Assembly (NCBI GenBank): GCA_020056715.1 | Contig: JAGVHG010000057.1 | Coordinates: 1,256 to 65,255 of the forward strand | Origin: Phycisphaerae bacterium | GTDB lineage: Bacteria; Planctomycetota; Phycisphaerae; UBA1845 | Length of the DNA: 64,000 bases | Direction: 5' to 3' | Part shown: positions 37,828 to 46,164 of the stretch, piece by piece | How the letters are laid out: each line of letters begins with the position of its first letter | Position numbering within the stretch: position 1 is the first letter of the stretch | Notes under the pieces: generated by a model | Seen by the model: only the letters and a program-made list of their open reading frames with translations | What the model was told of the DNA's origin: nothing | Databases searched by the model: none | Made by a program: the position numbers and the translations under genes

Positions 37828-40800
37828 GGGGGAAACGCGGGCGAGGGCGGCGGGGACGTCGGTCACGGTGCTGACGACATCGTAGGACCAGTGGCCGAAG
37901 CGGGCGTCGGCGTTGACGGCGTCGACCCAGCGCTGGGCGGCCTGGGTCTTTATATCGCGCAGGGGATCGTATCCCTTGGTTTCGAGAATCAGGTATCGTT
38001 CACCGTCGCAGCGTAGGCGAATGATGAAGTCGGGCACGTAGTCATGGGTCTGGCCGTTGTGGAAATAGGGAATGGCAAAGCCGAGTCCCGCATTCTTGAC
38101 GAAAGCGACGACTACTTCGTGCGTGTCGATGTGGTAGGCCGCGGACTGCTCCCACTTTTTCGTATCCGCAACCACATAGTTCACGTGGCTCCGGATAACC
38201 GGGCGCACATCGCGACTGGTTCTGAAGTCCACCTCCGCTGTCGATCCCGGGCCGCGATTGGCCTCGTAACGGGGAATCTCCGGCGCCTCGCCGGCCGTCG
38301 AGTCGGGCTTGATCCCCTCGACCAGACGCTCAACGATCCAGCCGTAATACGGCGAGAGGAACGCATCGACCAATTGAGTCGGCGGTAAGGGTTGGACCTT
38401 CTCGCGAAGATATCGCTCAATAATCCGAACAATCTGCTGGAATAGCACGTGGGCGGGAGCTTCACATCCGGGCTGGCTCACGTAATCGCGCGTCAAGTCC
38501 CGCGCCATCTCAAAGCACAGCGCCTGGAATCGCTGTCCCTTCCGATACGGGCTTAAATCCACATGCTGCAACTTTCCCGGCCCAACCAACGACGGCCGCC
38601 CCTGATTATTCGGCAGCATCCCCTTCATTTGGACTTCGGGGGGAATGTTCATGGGGTCCAGTTGAAGCGGTGCCAGCGCCGACCACTCCACCGTCACACG
38701 ATTTCGAATCGCCTGTTGATACCCCTCGACGCGCGGGAACCGAATTTCCAAGTGTGCTCGTTCCGGAAGCGAATGGACGTGATGCCTCTTTTCCTTCGGC
38801 GGCTTCGGTCCGCCTTGCTGCGCTTTGAACGGAATGACTTCGAACGGGACGCCGAAGACGGTCGCGACCTCTTCGGGAAACTTGTCGCCCGGTCCAATAT
38901 CGGGGTAGTTTTTCCGCCGCAGCCCACGTCCCACAACTTGTTCGCAAAGAAGCTGCGACATGAATGGCCGCAAACCGATGATGTGCGTCACGGTGTTGCA
39001 GTCCCACCCCTCGGTGAGCATCCCCACGCTGACGATGCAACGAATATCGCGCCCTGGCGGATGCAACGGGCGCTCCAGTTTTTTCGCCAACTCCTCGAAT
39101 CCCTCGGGGTAGATGGGCATACCCTGCCGGTTGGTCGGCCACTGCGTCTTACCAACAGTGTCCAAGGTCAGTCGCATCCATCGCGTCTCGTCCGCTTTCG
39201 CCTCTCCGCTGTCGGTTTCGCGCACGACTTTCGAGTCCACGCGAATGGTGTTGATCTGACCGTCGCGATTGACGAACCCCATAATCCGCGCCGACGGAAT
39301 CCCCATCGGGAGCTTGTCCTCGCCGAGCCATTCGAAAACGATCTTCGCAATCCGCGTGTTCTTACAAACGGTGATGAACACCGGCGGGCGCGGATCATCC
39401 TTGGGTTCCTCCCATTCGCAACGTAACTGCTCCCACAGCCCGCCGAGCATGGCGATGGGCGTGTGCGCCCATTTCAAAATGGCCTCCGGTTTCGGGCTGG
39501 CCTTCTTGCCGCCTCGTTCAGCGGGTGTGAGCTTCGGTAGAATCCACCGCCAGATGTTCAGATACCCCGGAATCTCCGACCCTGTCGTATCCCGCACCGC
39601 AAGCTGCGGAATCTTTACCAACCCCGACTCAATGGCGTCCGTCAGCCCGAAGTCGCTGACCACCCACGGAAACGTGCGATTGGTTTCCTGTCCGACACGC
39701 CCCAAGAAATAAGGAGTCGCGGAGAGGTCCACGCAAAAGTTGATCCCTCGCAACTTCTGTATACGGTCCAGCCCGTCGATCCATACCGTGGCCTCTTTGA
39801 AGAACTCATCGGCCTCGTCCTCGCCGATCGTCTCGTCTTCGTCCTCATCCGGTTCGGGGCGGCGGATACGGTACGCGTGATGCGCCTCATCGTTCATAAT
39901 GAGGATGTTCTGTTTACCGCGCACCCCCGAACCCAACACCTTGTTCACCAGCGACGTGTCGCTCTCCACATACTTGTATGATTCGACCTTGACCTTCCGA
40001 AGACACCCGTCACGGTCACGGTCCTCTTCGAGCACAGTGAGCAACCCCGCCGCCACCTGTCGATCAAACTCGTCCTGCGTCAGATACCGCGTCCCCCGCG
40101 CCGTCGTCGTCTTGGGACCGATCTTGATTTTTTCCGTGATCCGCACCGGTCGACCGGTTTTCGCAACCTTTGCCGATGTTCCGCCCACCTGCACCGACTG
40201 CGGTTCGAATACGTGCTAGTTGGTCACGAGCACGCGGCCGCGAGTGAGCAAGGGCATCAAGTGGGATGGAACAAGGTCGCGCGTTCGGTACAGGCTTGCC
40301 TCGCCGCGTTCGGGCTTGAGTTCGTCAAGGCGATTGCGGATGGTCACGTTGGGGCAGACGACCAGCACCACGTCTGAGAACCGCGCATCGCCCCGCGAGT
40401 TGATCTTGTTGAGAATGGTCCAGGCCGCCAGCATTCCCATGACGGTCGTCTTACCCGCGCCGGTGGCCATTTTGCAGGCGTAGCGCCGGAACGCCGCGAT
40501 GCCCTCGGTTTTCCGCTCGTCGCTAGGCTCGTCAGGCGGAACGTCGATGCCTTGCAGGAAATCCGCCCGCGCTTCGGTCAGGAAGACGATGACCTCAGCG
40601 GCTTCGAGCTGGGCGAAGAAGAGGCGCTTATCACGGCCGTCGCGTTGCCAATACTCCAGCAATTCGAGGGTTGTCCGGGTGACGCCCGGCCAGCCTTGAG
40701 CGCGCCAGTCTTTGACACGCTGGCGGATAAGGTTAACCAATTGGAGCTCGACCCAAACTCCGCGCGCGGGGTGATTCGGGTCGGTGAGTTGTTCTCGCGG

Positions 40801-40935
40801 GTCACGATAGAAATACCCTGCGGCGCGCCGGCCCGGTAGCCGCTTCGGCTCTTCACCTTCCTCGATGTACCAGTGTTCGGCGGGTTCCGCGTAGGGTGAA
40901 TTGAGGATCGGCTCGGCGACTTCGAAGTTGCTCAC
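37819..40935 (-). pseudogene. res: Type III restriction enzyme Res subunit (SF2 helicase + PD-(D/E)xK nuclease) interrupted by one in-frame TAG at 40216-40218
   Basis: ORFs 40216..40935 (Walker A KMATGAGKTTV) and 37819..40194 (NDEAHHAY, helicase motifs, VPDFII...LILETKG nuclease) share one frame. The junction reads VLVTN-TAG-HVFEPQS. Confidence 0.85.
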
Positions 40936-41780
40936 GGGGTGCCGAGCCTTCTGAGCTTTTTGACTCTGGCTGGAGGTAGGTAGTTCTGCCCGGTAACCAC
41001 CCTTTGGCCAGTTTTTTGCTCCAACTCCAATCGGGCCTTTTTGGCGATGTTTCCGCCGCTCTTGGCGGCGAACTTGTTTTCATCCATGCCGGTGGCGTCG
41101 GTTTTTTCGGCGATCTGTCGCGTGGATAGCTCGGCGAGGGCGGTGAAGATGAGTTCGGCCTCGCTCATGTGGTCACGAAGGTTCTGGCTCTTGAGACCCT
41201 TGAGTGCCTTGTGATCTTGAACCGTGACCTCGGACCATTCCTGATGGATGATGTTGGTGAGAACGGCGTACTCCTCGCCTTTCTTGATTTCGTGGCCGGC
41301 CCAGTAGTCGGTCAGCTTGTTACGGGTCTCCTGCCCGGTCATGCGTTGCTGAATCCACTTTTCGCTGCGGCCGTGCTTCTGCCAGGTCTCGCGGGCACGG
41401 TCGAGGGAACGGGCAGGGTCGGCCATTTCCTGCATCCGTTCGTAAACGACCTTGGCCAGCCAGAGCTTGATGGGCTCGGCTTTGGGGCTGGGAACGCTCT
41501 GGACGAGGCGGAGCAGGGTTTCGGGGCTGGCTACGTCGGTTAGGCGCTGCTTCCCGTCTTCCGCCGCCATTTTCAACTGGTAACAACTTGTTACCACTTC
41601 ACTTCCCTCTTTAGTCAAGCGGCCTTTTAAGACTTTCCAGTACTTTCTGGACGCTTGGTGGTCCGGCTGTTGGGTCAGCACCTGGATGATGTCCACGACG
41701 GAGAATAACCAGGTTTCGCTCTTCTCGTCGTAAACACGACGGATCTCCCGCTCTTCGAACACGACGGGGAGCATTTTCAT
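40932..41780 (-). CDS. Bro-N domain / DinD-like protein inserted between mod and res
   Basis: N-terminal VVFEEREIRRVYDEKSETWLFSVVDIIQVL (Bro-N-like). The C-terminal half resembles E. coli DinD (recalled from memory). Its stop overlaps the res ATG. Confidence 0.65.
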   Translation of the reverse strand: MKMLPVVFEEREIRRVYDEKSETWLFSVVDIIQVLTQQPDHQASRKYWKVLKGRLTKEGSEVVTSCYQLKMAAEDGKQRLTDVASPETLLRLVQSVPSPKAEPIKLWLAKVVYERMQEMADPARSLDRARETWQKHGRSEKWIQQRMTGQETRNKLTDYWAGHEIKKGEEYAVLTNIIHQEWSEVTVQDHKALKGLKSQNLRDHMSEAELIFTALAELSTRQIAEKTDATGMDENKFAAKSGGNIAKKARLELEQKTGQRVVTGQNYLPPARVKKLRRLGTP

Positions 41781-41807
41781 AGAAGTTCCTTGAACTTGAG
41801 CAACACC

Positions 41808-44800
41808 CTACTCCATGTCACGAAGACTCTTCACTACCAATAACTCATTGCCGCGGTCGTCGATGACCTTCACGGCGACCTCGCCGTGCTTACCGGCTTC
41901 GAAGGGTGCGCTCACGGTACCTGCGAGGTGCTCCCAGACCGACGGGTCGAACTCGGCCTTGAGGGAGCGTTTAAGGTCATCCCAGGCGGCCGTGCGGGGA
42001 AAAAACGCTTGGCAGACGTGGAAGCACAGGCCGTTGTAGTCGGTGTCGAGGAACCACGCGGGTACGTCGTTTCCGGGGCGCGGGTCCGTCTGCATGGTGA
42101 TGGGATCGAACACGTCGAGGCCCAGAAGCTCGACTTGGTACAACGAGTTGTCAGTTGTCAGTTTTCGGTTGTCAGTTGCTGAGTGCTGACCGCTGACAAC
42201 TGATAACTTCACGTCCGGCAGGCCGCACACACTGAAGCTTTGGCTGCTGCGCATGTTCTTGAGCAGGTCGCCCATGGTGAGGTCCATGGTGGCCTGCACG
42301 TAGGTGGCCGGAACGCCGACGGCGCGCTCGCAGTCGTCGATCAATTTGCGGGCGTTAGACTGGATCGCAAAACCGATGACGAACAAGTGCGCGTACTGCT
42401 TGGCGTGCGCTTCGCGGGCGGCCTCATAGACCGTGCGTTCGCTGATGGCGCCGTTTTCGGGTCCGAAGACGATGGCGACCGGGGAAGTTGTCAGTTTTCG
42501 GTTGTCAGTTGTCAGGGACGAAGGGACGTCAGGAGGCCGTTGAGGATCCGACCCACTTCCGACGCCTGTGCCAGAAGCTCCGCTGATGCCGTCGACGCAA
42601 GAAACGTCAGGTTTGTCGCGATCTCGATCTGGGTCTCCAGTTCCGACAGACTCCCCCTCGCGTGTCGCACGAACTGGCGAAACTCCCCCGGAGATTGCCG
42701 GCCGTGGCCCTCGGCGATGTTGCTGGGGATCGACACGGCCGCCCGCCGCATCTGGCTCACCAACCCGTACCGTTCCTCCGCCGGAAACGTCTGTGTCGCC
42801 CGATAAATTCCCGTCACGAGGTCCATCGCCTTCTGCCACGCTACCAAGTCCCGATACCCTTGCCCCATTTTCTTCTCCTGACAACTGACAACTGATAACT
42901 GATTCAACAATGGCCTCGGCGGATAGCGAAAGCGTCTTGGCCGGGGGGCGAACATTCTTGAGGGTTACGCTCTTTCCGCCGCCGAGTTGGAGGACGGGGC
43001 TGCGGCGGAGGACTTCCAACATGCGATCGACGAAGCGGGACGAGGACGAGTTGTCAGTTATCAGTTGTCGGTTGGACGAGTTGTCAGTTATCAGTTTTCG
43101 GTTATCAGTTACTGACAACTGAGAACTGACAACTTCGTCGTCTTCCCAATCGACGGGCGTCGGGATGGTCGCTTCGACGCAGAAGGGGCCGGTGACGCGG
43201 GTGATCTTGGGATCCTTTTCGGGGCGGTCGACGAGGACTTCTTCCTTGGGCGGCTCGTTGTTGGCGATGGATTCGAGGGTGACGTGAGGCACGATGCCGC
43301 CGACTTCCTCGCCCTTTTTGTTTTGCTTGCGCTGGTAAACGAACCCGCCGGCCGGGCCGCGGGATTCGTCTTGCAACTCGTAGTAATCGAAGGTGGCGGT
43401 GAGCAGCCGCTGCCGGGCCAAAGCCAACGGCACGCGGCTGGTGTCGATGGTGATCCACCGTCGGCCCCATTGCTCGGCCACGTACGCCGTCGTCCCGCTG
43501 CCGCACGTCGGATCGAGCACAAGGTCGCCAGGGTCGGTTGTCATCTGTAGGCAACGCTCGATTATGGGTAGCGCGGTCTGTACGACATACATCTTCGCGC
43601 CTCCAAATTGGTTTTGGCCGACGGTGTCGGTCCATATAGTTGTCAGCGGAAAAACCGGGAAGTCGTTGAAAAATCGAAGATAGGCTAATCCGTTCTTTGA
43701 GGCACGAACACGCCCACTTTTGACCAACGTCTTCATGCCGTCTTCGCTCGTGCTCCAAAACCGCTTTCCTGGGCGGTAGGCTTTGCCTTCAACCTCGACT
43801 GGAAAATCGCCGGGTGGCTTTGATGAAGTGATGTCGCCCAAACCGAACATCTTTGCGCCATCCGGAATCGAAACTCTTCCGCTGAGTTCATCTGGTGTCA
43901 GTCTTCGCTCTGTCCCGTCAGCGTGTAAGACGTGAGTGATCCCTGTGCCTCCGATGCCGCCGGGAATTTTGTCCGCAAAAAGCATCTTTGTTTTGACCCG
44001 CTCGTGATCCTTGGAATACCAAAGCACGAAATCATTTACGATTGGCAGATAGTCCCCAGACGCGGTGCTCGTCTTTTGAGCGATAATCACACGCTGGAAA
44101 TTCTCCGCCCCGAACACCTCCTCCAGCAACTCGCGGACGTGATGAAGATTCGCATCGCTGATTTGTACAAACATGCTCCCGCTCGGGGCGAGTAGTTCCC
44201 GTGCAACCAGTAATCGGTCGCGCATGTAAGTAAGGTAGGAGTGCAAGCCGAGTTCCCAGGTATTGCGGTAGGCTTGGACCATTTCCGGCTCGCGGGTCAT
44301 ATCTTCGTCGTCGTTGTGCTCGACGCCGCGTTTGCGGACGAAGGGCTGGAAGTTGCTGCCGAACTTCACGCCGTAGGGCGGGTCCATGTAGATGCACTGG
44401 ACCTGCCCGCCGAGGCCTTCGTAGTTGAGCAGGGAGTTCATCACCACCAGCGAGTCGCCGAGGATGCAGCGGTTCACCCAGCCGTTTTTGTGTTCGTAGG
44501 CGCGGAGGACCTGGTCGTGGATGGGGTGCTCGCGGTCGCCGAAGAGGTCGAAGAGGGAGAGCTGCTTGTCGCGCTTGTGGCCTTTGAGGGTTTCGAGGAT
44601 GGCGGCGGTGGAGAGGCGCTCGTGGATGAAGAGGGGGAGGGTGGGTACGTCGAAGCTGAGGCGCTCGGCCTTGCCCGCCCAGTTGAGGAAGGGCTTGGCG
44701 AGGCGCTTGAGCTGCTCAGCCGCGTTCGCGGCCTCGCTTAAGTTGTCAGTTGTCAGTGGCCAGTTGTCAGTGAGTAGGCGCTCGATCGCTGCAGCGAGCT

Positions 44801-45143
44801 CGTCGTCGCCATTTTGCTTGGCCCGGACAGCGAGGTTGTGAAGCTCTTCGGCGAGCAAAGCGAGCCGCCCGCTGACAACTGATAACTGAGAACTGACAAC
44901 TCGTATCTGCTGTTCGCCCAACTCACGAGCGGGATTCTGGCCGTCCCAATTCAGCTCGGGCGATAGCGATGAGTCGTAGCGGTAGGTCTTTGGGGGCTTT
45001 TTCTTGCGGAACTGGGCCTGGGTGCCGACGTCGGGGCGGAGGAGGGCAGCGGCGGTGGGGTGAGTGTAGCTCTCGGCCGACCGTGCGGCTGTATTTGGCT
45101 TCGCAACTTTGCTGCGCTTCGTCGCTGAGACTCGCTTGGCCAT
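41808..45143 (-). CDS. mod: Type III-like DNA methyltransferase (Mod, beta-class N6A/N4C), carrying several in-frame repeat-element insertions
   Basis: IYMDPPYGVKFGSNF (motif IV) lies before DPTCGSGTTAYVAEQWGRRWITID (motif I). Conserved C-terminal domain. Start placed at ATG 45143 (MAKRVSATKR). Low-complexity inserts read QLSVVS / TDNRKLTTDN. Confidence 0.85.
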   Translation of the reverse strand: MAKRVSATKRSKVAKPNTAARSAESYTHPTAAALLRPDVGTQAQFRKKKPPKTYRYDSSLSPELNWDGQNPARELGEQQIRVVSSQLSVVSGRLALLAEELHNLAVRAKQNGDDELAAAIERLLTDNWPLTTDNLSEAANAAEQLKRLAKPFLNWAGKAERLSFDVPTLPLFIHERLSTAAILETLKGHKRDKQLSLFDLFGDREHPIHDQVLRAYEHKNGWVNRCILGDSLVVMNSLLNYEGLGGQVQCIYMDPPYGVKFGSNFQPFVRKRGVEHNDDEDMTREPEMVQAYRNTWELGLHSYLTYMRDRLLVARELLAPSGSMFVQISDANLHHVRELLEEVFGAENFQRVIIAQKTSTASGDYLPIVNDFVLWYSKDHERVKTKMLFADKIPGGIGGTGITHVLHADGTERRLTPDELSGRVSIPDGAKMFGLGDITSSKPPGDFPVEVEGKAYRPGKRFWSTSEDGMKTLVKSGRVRASKNGLAYLRFFNDFPVFPLTTIWTDTVGQNQFGGAKMYVVQTALPIIERCLQMTTDPGDLVLDPTCGSGTTAYVAEQWGRRWITIDTSRVPLALARQRLLTATFDYYELQDESRGPAGGFVYQRKQNKKGEEVGGIVPHVTLESIANNEPPKEEVLVDRPEKDPKITRVTGPFCVEATIPTPVDWEDDEVVSSQLSVTDNRKLITDNSSNRQLITDNSSSSRFVDRMLEVLRRSPVLQLGGGKSVTLKNVRPPAKTLSLSAEAIVESVISCQLSGEENGARVSGLGSVAEGDGPRDGNLSGDTDVSGGGTVRVGEPDAAGGRVDPQQHRRGPRPAISGGVSPVRATREGESVGTGDPDRDRDKPDVSCVDGISGASGTGVGSGSDPQRPPDVPSSLTTDNRKLTTSPVAIVFGPENGAISERTVYEAAREAHAKQYAHLFVIGFAIQSNARKLIDDCERAVGVPATYVQATMDLTMGDLLKNMRSSQSFSVCGLPDVKLSVVSGQHSATDNRKLTTDNSLYQVELLGLDVFDPITMQTDPRPGNDVPAWFLDTDYNGLCFHVCQAFFPRTAAWDDLKRSLKAEFDPSVWEHLAGTVSAPFEAGKHGEVAVKVIDDRGNELLVVKSLRDME
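42147..42208. repeat. Heptamer-array palindrome (GTTGTCA arm / CTGACAAC arm) in frame inside mod
   Basis: gttgtcagttgtcagttttcggttgtcagttgc ... ctgacaactgataac. Translated in mod as KLSVVSGQHSATDNRKLTTDNS. Confidence 0.85.
42486..42902 (-). mobile_element. IVS-like cassette: inverted heptamer arms flanking a four-helix-bundle gene, nested in frame in mod
   Basis: Arms gttgtcagttttcggttgtcagttgtcag (42487-42515) and ctgacaactgacaactgataactg (42878-42901) are inverted repeats. The cargo has its own SD (caggagaagaaaATG). The mod frame stays open across all ~139 codons. Confidence 0.75.
42512..42868 (-). CDS. Four-helix-bundle protein (23S rRNA intervening-sequence protein / Avd-like family)
   Basis: 118 aa: MGQGYRDLVAWQKAMDLVTGIYRATQTFPAEERYGLVSQMRRAAVSIPSNIAEGHGRQS..EFRQFVRHARGSLSELETQ. 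Matches the remembered signature of this family. Reading frame differs from mod. Confidence 0.85.
   Translation of the reverse strand: MGQGYRDLVAWQKAMDLVTGIYRATQTFPAEERYGLVSQMRRAAVSIPSNIAEGHGRQSPGEFRQFVRHARGSLSELETQIEIATNLTFLASTASAELLAQASEVGRILNGLLTSLRP
43049..43133. repeat. Heptamer-array palindrome in frame inside mod
   Basis: gttgtcagttatcagttgtcggttg..gttgtcagttatcagttttcggttatcagtt / actgacaactgagaactgacaac. Translated as VVSSQLSVTDNRKLITDNSSNRQLITDNSS. Confidence 0.85.
44742..44901. repeat. Inverted heptamer arms bracketing ~100 nt of the mod N-terminal coiled-coil region
   Basis: gttgtcagttgtcagtggccagttgtcagtg (44742-44771) and ctgacaactgataactgagaactgacaac (44872-44901). Peptide reads VVSSQLSVVSG...LLTDNWPLTTDN. 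Confidence 0.8.
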
Positions 45144-45248
45144 TCGACTCCTCGCTGCGTGCTGTCGCCGACGCTGTCTTCCAAGGGCGGATTGGAGTCG
45201 GAGTATAGGCGAAGCGACGGGGGGCGGGCAACGGGAGGAAGGCAGGAA

Positions 45249-45470
45249 GCGACGGATGGGCGAAGGGTTGAAGGGCGGAAGAAACGTCAAAAAGACAAAA
45301 CGTCAAAAAGTCGAAATGAGGCACGAAGGCATCCGCCGCAGGCGGACCCTGCTCCGGCACGAAGGGTTGAAGGGATGAAGGGCGGAAGAAACGTCAAAAA
45401 GTCAAAACGTCAAAAAGTCGAAATGAGGCACGGAGCGACGGAGCGACGGATGGGCGAAAGGTTGAAGGGG
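45249..45470. repeat. Tandem ~100-bp direct repeat (about 2.3 copies) upstream of mod
   Basis: The unit gcgacggatgggcgaagggttgaagggcggaagaaacgtcaaaaag(a/t)caaaacgtcaaaaagtcgaaatgaggcacg occurs at about 45249 and 45361, with a partial third copy at about 45435. It contains an internal acgtcaaaaag duplication. Confidence 0.8.
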
Positions 45471-45472
45471 CG

Positions 45473-45514
45473 CAAGAAAAAACTTGGGAGGCCGCCTTTG
45501 CGGCCTCCCAAGTT
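45473..45514 (-). terminator. Rho-independent terminator of the RRM-protein gene
   Basis: Minus strand: aacttgggaggccgc-aaag-gcggcctcccaagtt, a 15-bp perfect stem followed by ttttttc. Lies 20 nt after the stop codon. Confidence 0.85.
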
Positions 45515-45533
45515 CTCACGTTTCGACTAGGTT

Positions 45534-45830
45534 CTAGTACCGGCGTGAACCACCGCCGCCACCACCACCGCCGCCGGAACTGGTCTTCGGCTTGGCCTCG
45601 TTGACCTTGAGCGCCCGGCCGTCATGCTCCTTGCCGTTCAAGGCGGCGATAGCCGCCTCGGCTTCCGCGCTCGTGTTCATCTCCACGAAACCGAAGCCCT
45701 TGCTCCGACCCGTGTCTCGGTCGTTGATGACCTGCGCGGATTGCACGGTGCCGTGTGCACCGAACAATTGCTGCAGGTCGGCATCAGTGGCCGAGTAACC
45801 CAAATTTCCGACATACAACTTGTTGCCCAT
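45534..45830 (-). CDS. RRM-type RNA-binding protein with Gly-rich tail
   Basis: KLYVGNL (RNP2), KGFGFVEM (RNP1), C-terminal GGGGGGGGS. Confidence 0.9.
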   Translation of the reverse strand: MGNKLYVGNLGYSATDADLQQLFGAHGTVQSAQVINDRDTGRSKGFGFVEMNTSAEAEAAIAALNGKEHDGRALKVNEAKPKTSSGGGGGGGGGSRRY

Positions 45831-46096
45831 GTACTTTTCTCCTGTTCAAGGGCCGCTTGACCCGATTTTACTTTCCGGGTCAACTCGAAAGAGGCCGACC
45901 GTCCGGCCCAAAGGTAGGAGCGGCGAAGTGAGCAAAAAGATGGGAGCCTTACCAAGCGAACCACAACTTAAAACCCGGTCGTCAGATCCAACCATCCTTA
46001 TTGTACCACAGGTCCGGGTAGATGCCAAGACCGTCCTAAAAAAAATAGGCCCTGTCGAAAACCCCCACCCAAGGCGATTATGAGTGCGTCCTGAAA

Positions 46097-46135
46097 CCCC
46101 CTCACCCTACCCTCTCCCACCAGTGGGGGAGAGTG
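46097..46135. repeat. REP hairpin of the ccctctccc..gggagag family
   Basis: ccccctcaccctaccctctcccaccagtgggggagagtgg. Confidence 0.8.
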
Positions 46136-46164
46136 GTTCTAGGATGCACTCTTGTTAGCCCAGC

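Noticed and set aside
42147-44901. Heptamer arrays considered as a CRISPR array or as ordinary microsatellites.
   Set aside because: The units are 7 nt with no spacers, no cas genes are present, and the arrays occur as inverted pairs. This is inconsistent with CRISPR. It is more structured than slippage-only microsatellites.
37819-45143. The R-M island as a mobile genomic island or prophage remnant.
   Set aside because: No integrase, transposase or direct-repeat att sites are visible, and no obvious compositional break can be judged by eye. Only the repeat-rich borders are reported.
45109-45530. Lys/Arg-rich ORFs on the + strand (GGRNVKKTKRQKVEMRHEG...).
   Set aside because: They are translations of the tandem ~100-bp repeat upstream of mod, with no start or RBS context.
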